From Octopus sinensis (lineage: Eukaryota): 64,000 nucleotides of DNA. Location: contig NC_042998.1 in assembly GCF_006345805.1 (NCBI RefSeq), positions 157,108,001 through 157,172,000 of the forward strand, given 5' to 3'. Under the pieces are notes generated by a model, which did not search any database, was not told the DNA's origin, and saw only the letters and a program-made list of their open reading frames with translations. Each line of letters starts with the position of its first letter. Position 1 is the stretch's first letter. The translations under genes were made by a program, and so were the position numbers. This document shows positions 55,830-64,000 of this stretch, one piece after another.

Positions 55830-56344
55830 TATGTTTGACTTTTGCTTTATGTCTGTACAAGTTGGATCCAAGTCTCACTCAGAGACCTCAAGAGACAACA
55901 GGTTAGAAGTTCTGTGCCATATATTTGAGCTTTTTTTTATGGTGTTGTACTAGTGAATGTCTAATACATAAAAAAAATAAAATAAAAAAATAAATAAATA
56001 AATAAAAAGTTTGTTTTAAATCTTGGGATTACATAGAGAGTATTTTGCGTAGGTTATGAGCAGTTCGCATGAGCACTATCTTTTGAATTTCTGCCATCTT
56101 GGGGTTTCCTGGTATCTGAGTTAGGTAGCAATCAGTCCCTTTCGCTATCATTCCCAGGGCACCTATGACAACAGGTATTGTTTTAGTCTTCAGCTTCCAC
56201 ATTTTGCTGATTTCTATTTCAATATCTTTATATTTGCTCAGTTTTTGGTAGGTCTTGACAGATACGTTTATATCGATTGGGACAGTCATATCAATGAGGA
56301 GGCATATTCTTTGTCTGAAGTCTTTCAATATAATGTCTGGCCTA

Positions 56345-56345
<1 letters not shown>
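55829..56345 (-). mobile_element. R4/Dong LINE (family C), 3' fragment
   Basis: RPDII.KDFRQRICLLIDMTVP..KLSKYKDIEIE..PVVIGALG; (TTA)n on both sides. Confidence 0.92.
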
Positions 56346-57841
<1,496 letters not shown>

Positions 57842-57847
57842 ATTATT

Positions 57848-58177
57848 CAATAGTTTTATTTTTATAGCGTGCGCAGCTCTGTGTGCCTTGGGTATGTGCT
57901 GTGATTTGTTGTGATGCTCTGATGGTTATTGTATGGAAAGTGTTCTGCGTAGGATGTGTGCAGTGCCTAGTAGTGCAATTTTCTGTATGTTATATGTGTT
58001 TGTAAGTCCTGGTGTTTTTGTTGTGTATTTATCTGAATATTTTTTTATCATGCCTAATGATAGGAATTGTTTCTGTTTTTAGATTCCACACTCTGGTTAC
58101 CTCCATTTCCAGGTCTTTGTATTTTGAGAGTTTCTCCATTTCTTTTAGTTGTCATCTGCCGGTATTGATACATCAAT
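57848..58177 (-). mobile_element. R4/Dong LINE (family B), third copy, 3' stub with small internal deletions
   Basis: Aligns to 52909-53275 with three short deletions. Confidence 0.92.
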
Positions 58178-58235
<58 letters not shown>

Positions 58236-58246
58236 TATTATTATTA

Positions 58247-58317
<71 letters not shown>

Positions 58318-58374
58318 TATTATTATTATTATTAATAATAATTATTATTATTATCATTGTCATTGTTATTGTTA

Positions 58375-58412
<38 letters not shown>

Positions 58413-58437
58413 GTTATTAATTATTATTATTATTATT

Positions 58438-58468
<31 letters not shown>

Positions 58469-58522
58469 TATTATTATTATTATTATTTTTATCATTATCA
58501 TTATTGTGATTATTATTATTAC

Positions 58523-58584
<62 letters not shown>

Positions 58585-58586
58585 TA

Positions 58587-58634
<48 letters not shown>

Positions 58635-58884
58635 TTGTGTGTAGAACAATCTTACTTAGAAATGGATGCATGCGTTCCGTCATATAATAAATTAATAAAT
58701 AAATAAAACAAATGCATATATACATACATATATGTACCTACCTACCTCTACATGTATATATATACAGGACACCAAAAAAACGTCGAACACAATGAGAAAC
58801 GAAAACATAAACACAAAACCAAGGAAATGGCCATTTTTCTTAAACAGCGAAAAAATAGAGTACAGGACATACAAAGCAACTACT

Positions 58885-59200
58885 ACCACAATTTTTAATC
58901 TTTCCATTTTACCAATGTGCTTTCGGATCATCAACACAAATTAGACTAAACAAGGAAACATTCTTCATTGAAAAGTACAAGCCCAGACTCAACCATCCGA
59001 ACATACTGATACAGAGAAATTCACATTAAGGGAAAGAAAAAAAAATTTTAAGCGATTATCTCCCTTACACCGGAAGAAATCACCCACTACCTTCCCTTAT
59101 TTAGAACTCTCCGGAGCATAAACACAAGGATAACTCTATTGAACATAAACATAACGTCACAAGAAATTTGAAAAGCTAAATGCGAAACCGGTCTTTCTTT
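58885..59200 (+). mobile_element. PLE 3' end: GIY-YIG C-terminal tail followed by a degenerate minimal hammerhead (59161-59199)
   Basis: 58892-58993 translates FLIFPFYQC...RLNKETFFIEKYKPRLN; then aagaaa-tTTGAAAA-gc-taaat-gc-GAAACCGGTC-tttctt. Confidence 0.7.
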
Positions 59201-59366
59201 AAAAATTATGTCATTATAAAGGAAAAAAAAATTTTTTTTTAATTTTCTAATATTGTTCAGACATATTGACGCAAATATATATATTTTTTAACATTTAAGC
59301 CTTCTGTCGTTTTTTCACTCTACTATTTTTTATATATTCACCCACGTGCTTTCACATACCAACTTT

Positions 59367-59420
<54 letters not shown>

Positions 59421-59449
59421 ATGTGTGTGTGTGCGTGTGTGTGTATCTA

Positions 59450-59510
<61 letters not shown>

Positions 59511-59900
59511 TCTATTTAAAAAGCTGCAAAATATCACAAAAACTGTTACTCAGAGTTTCACTTTCCCATTCGTGGGACTTTGTTTAAAATGGAGTAAAAT
59601 AAGATTATGTGTATAAATATACAATTACTTTGATAGATACACATTTGAAAATCGTTTTGTTTCAATGGTTATTTCAATAACCGGTTGCATGAAATTACAA
59701 TTGCGGTTTAAAATCATATAAAAACCGGAGAAAACCTTAAATTAAAAATAGCTTATGTAGACTGAAAAAAGACCTGAATATCCAGGGTAAATAACTAGTG
59801 GTAAATAATAATAATAAATTCAAATAAATTAAAAGATATATCCATTTAAAAAACTTTCACGCAAAAATACATATATATTTAGCAATACATATACATACCA

Positions 59901-59936
<36 letters not shown>

Positions 59937-60392
59937 TAACCATATAGGCGTTGATACATATACAAACAAATATAGGCAAAGCGTAAATATATACAAATGC
60001 ATATATATGTATCCATGCACACACATGCGCATAATATCTCCGGGAGTATGCTTATACAACTTAGTTGTTACAGGCGAGAGAAAGAAAACGAAAAGAAATC
60101 AGAAAAATCAAATGGTGGGAGAAAGAAAAAAGGAAAAGAAGAAAAAGAAATAAAAGGAAAAGAAACAGAAAATCAGAAAGAGAAAGAGTAAATTAGATAG
60201 GGGTAGAGAGTAAGATGATTTGGAAGTTGGCGTTCCTAAAAAGTATCTAACGAATGTTAGATACTTTGTTCATCTTGCAAACACACACATAAAACGTCAT
60301 GCATATCTACATAAATACAAACATACATACAAATACACACACGTATAGACACACATACAAATATACAAATATACAAATAAATATTTACGTGA

Positions 60393-60438
<46 letters not shown>

Positions 60439-60815
60439 CTTCACATTAAGATAAATATATACACCATAACGTATATACGCGTACAAACATGCTATATAAA
60501 ACTGTCTGGTATACAGAATATTAAAAGAAGGTAATTGTACAATAAATTAAAATAAGACAATTAAATGTAATTTAAGATAAATATATAAATTTAAAATATG
60601 AAATTTGAATATATAAAAACGCATAAAAATGAGTAAAAAATAAACCTCTGCTAAGCTTAAGTTTAAATTTGTAAAACAGTCGAAGGCTTTCTTAAAAATC
60701 GGACGTAAAATATAAAATGCGAAGTCGAAATATGTGTAATACAAAAATAACTATATATAAGGTGTAAAGCCAAATTCAAATGTGACATTGAAAATTTTTC
60801 GAACGTCAAAAAATT

Positions 60816-61082
60816 TTACCCATACAGTATTTTTTCGGTTGACATTTTAAACCTTACAGCGTGCCTGCAGGAACGTAAGAGCTCGGGTCTCTGGTTCAAT
60901 GCACGTTTATCCTGGAAGAGGATGAAGAACTTTTCTGAGAGGCAAAGATTACATTTCATAGGCCTTCTGTAAGCCCCACATTTGTATGATGGTGCTTTTT
61001 CCAAAATTGTCCAGTTGATATTGAAAGGGCGGGTGTCATTCTCCTTAAGTTGCCAGGTATGTCTTGCAAGACCTGTTGCTGT

Positions 61083-61084
<2 letters not shown>
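60816..61084 (-). mobile_element. PLE GIY-YIG endonuclease C-terminal fragment, truncated at (TA)n
   Basis: TGLARHTWQLKE..INWTILEKA..CNLCLSEKFFI..LNQRPELLRSCRH, the C..C.EK...LN.R.E....CRH signature of one PLE group. Confidence 0.85.
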
Positions 61085-61138
<54 letters not shown>

Positions 61139-61190
61139 ATACGACAGTATAAGAGGTGGTCAGACTCTGCATAAGGAGTGGACAACCACC

Positions 61191-61222
<32 letters not shown>

Positions 61223-62000
61223 GAATAAAAAATGGAGTTAACGCAGGTTTAAACAAGTATTTTTACACTCATCTATTTATATATATATATATATTATATA
61301 TATATATATAAAGCACTTGGAAATTCCTAGCATCTTGTGCACTAATTTTGTGCAGTATATTGGTTTTTTAGACTAATATCATATTACAAATTCTACAAAT
61401 ACTACAATACTTGAAAATTACCACACCTTAATATTTTCTTTTGCAGTAGGATTGTGGAAACTATAATAACGAACGAATTTATAACACGGTGGCGCCCGCC
61501 ATGAGAAATAGGTCTGTGGATTATGTTGAACTAATTCTTTGTAGTAAGGTCTGTTCATCTTCTCCTAAACGGATTTTATGTTGTGTAGTTTAGCCTAAAA
61601 AATGTAGAACTAAAAACTTACTTTTTCCTGTCGGAGATTAGAACTAAGAAGCGTTGATTGTTTCACTAAGCCAATGAATTGCAAACCATTCATACATGCA
61701 TCCAATCAACCAATCAACCAACCAACCAACCAACCAACCAACCAACCAATCAGACAGCTAGCCAGTCAAGTAGCTAGTCAACCAGCCAATCAACCAATCA
61801 GCCATGTGCATGAAATGTTTTAGAATATTTAAATATTTCCTACCTTCTTTTCAGATTCTGTATGTCTTGAACAATTTTGCAATTCTGATGTAAATGAAAT
61901 AAGTATCAGTAATATATTCATGTCATTTTCTGTGTGTGTGCGTGCGTGTATGTGTGTGTGTGTGTTTATGTGTGTGTGTGTGTGTGTGGTGTGTGTGTGT

Positions 62001-62035
<35 letters not shown>

Positions 62036-64000
62036 ATATGTATGTACATATATATATATATAAGTAAACATAACAATAAAAAGTTTTGGCCAAGTGAGCA
62101 ATCAATATCACATTTGGCCTTTTGGTAGCATAAACGGCAGAGAAGATTTGTAAAAAGAAAGCATCTTATTGTATGGAAATGTCAAGTCAGATCGTTGCGG
62201 TCAACGTCATTGTTAACCGATCGTCAAAGGTATGTAATAGACTTAATTCAAACTCAAAGCTAAAGCATGATGCAACTGAAGTAAGTATATTTGTTGGAGA
62301 TTGCTGGAGACGAATAAATTTTTAAAAAGCAAATTAATCACCAAGAAGAAAGAATATAAAATTGCTTTCAGTGGCAACGATATCAATAACCGAATTAACG
62401 ACATTTTTTTTAGCTTTCAGTTCTATGTATTCAATTACCTGTGTTTCTATAGATTATCTTTTCATTGAACATAAACCTTAAAATGAGTAACAAACCCTTT
62501 GAAACAACTACTTTAATGGTCACATCACATGTCACAGCAGTAAGTTAAATATAGCAAATCAATTAAAATAAATTATGAAACAGTTTTCCAAAATCACTTA
62601 TAAAAATAATCATTACAAAGAAAGCATCTTCTATATCGAACACGAAGTTCTCACCTTCCTTCAGACACCAAAAGAGCATTCCACAAACTCAGAGACGTCG
62701 ATAAATATATATAGTAAAGTAATTACCGGTTCAAATACATCTTCAACTAGTTCTACTAATATTTTTTAACAGATTCAGGTAACTTAGTGCAATGAAAACC
62801 TATCCGAAACAGTATTACACAATTCAATCGGCCATGTATACTACCCCTGAAAATACTGATAGGACATGTCTTTGATATCACCGGCCCACATATTCCCTTA
62901 TCCATAGTACATTTCTCACAAAGTTGACTCTCATTCATGGCGGCTTCAACAAAAAACAAAACACTGCGCGTACATTTCTAACTAGTATTATTTATCGACT
63001 CCAGAAAGGTGAAGAGAACGACTATGATGAGATCCGCAATAAGAATGTAACGAACTGTCCCACAGGGATATAGTTCGGCGCTCAATGGATTTGCCATTCA
63101 ATAACGCCCTTCAACATACAATAATATAGATTTCTTTTAATAAGTGTACGTAGCTACATGTACGGTGTTTAGTTAATTTATTGACATTAGTGTATTGCTG
63201 TTCCTTATTTTATCGAGGCTGCAGAAATGATGCACCAAATTGACCTCAGTAGAATTTGAACTCAGAACATAGAAAGCCACGATTAGAAAAATCACCATGA
63301 ATCAGTTATTATAATGCTTCAATGTCTTAAAATTTGTCCGAATTTTGCAGAGAAGGTTTATAGAAAGTCGAAGTAACCCTGATGCCTTACAGATAATTAT
63401 TTTATCGACTTCCTGGATAACATTTGAAATTGATGACAGTGAATGTTTAAATCTAAACTTAAAGGATGACATAAAATATTTTGTTTCTGCCAACTATATT
63501 ACACTGTATACCTGTACAATAATACTGGTTTCTTGGTGTCTGGAGTCTTGGCATAAATACTCTCTATTTGCGCGAGAGAAAGAATAGAAAAGAAAAAAAA
63601 TCCAGATCTGTTTCAAGAGCATAACGGAAAAGAATTAATGCTACCCGGGCATCGCAATACTTGCTAGTCAATGAGTTTGGAATTCATTCTAAGCAATCTC
63701 CCGAGATATGTACACTATTCCTTTTAACTTCTTTAACTGGCACACACGGGATATAGTTCACAGAAAAAATATGTAATAGTATGGCATTCATGACTTGCTT
63801 AAAACTGCGAGAATGGCGTAAGTTTTGTCAGCAGAGAATCGAAACCGATTGGCAGTCTCAAATCTTGTTCTATGGCAGTCTAACATTTTGCTTTACGATA
63901 TTTGGCTACATAAACACGAATATTGTAGACTTGTGTAGTTGTGGAAATATATTGCAAGCTGGTTGTTATATTTTTGGATCTAAGCCGAACAGAGCAAGTT

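Noticed and set aside
63641-63668. Helitron-like 3' end (cccgggcatcgc...gctag)
   Set aside because: Hairpin incomplete and no matching 5' end found.

Overview
AT-rich, microsatellite-saturated animal genomic DNA. The SINE and repeat repertoire suggests an octopus or other coleoid cephalopod, which is an inference. Only one host coding exon is well supported: a calcyphosin-like EF-hand protein on the minus strand at 1629-1992. The rest is intronic or intergenic. It holds R4/Dong-clade RLE retrotransposons (several families inserted in (TAA)n, one associated with (CATA)n), Penelope-like element (PLE) fragments, two mariner fossils, Helitrons and a Helentron-like element, a Gypsy LTR with primer-binding site, an inverted pair of RTE-like non-autonomous elements and many tRNA-derived SINEs. 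The most notable signal is not in the ORF track: about a dozen type I hammerhead-ribozyme motifs, several with intact catalytic cores, self-complementary stem III loops and unusually long stem II hairpins. They sit in short non-coding elements next to (TA)n tracts. Two of these elements are fold-back palindromes with one hammerhead motif on each strand flanking a central hairpin, and related elements end in a shared palindromic terminal motif. All calls were made by eye, with no database search or folding software.
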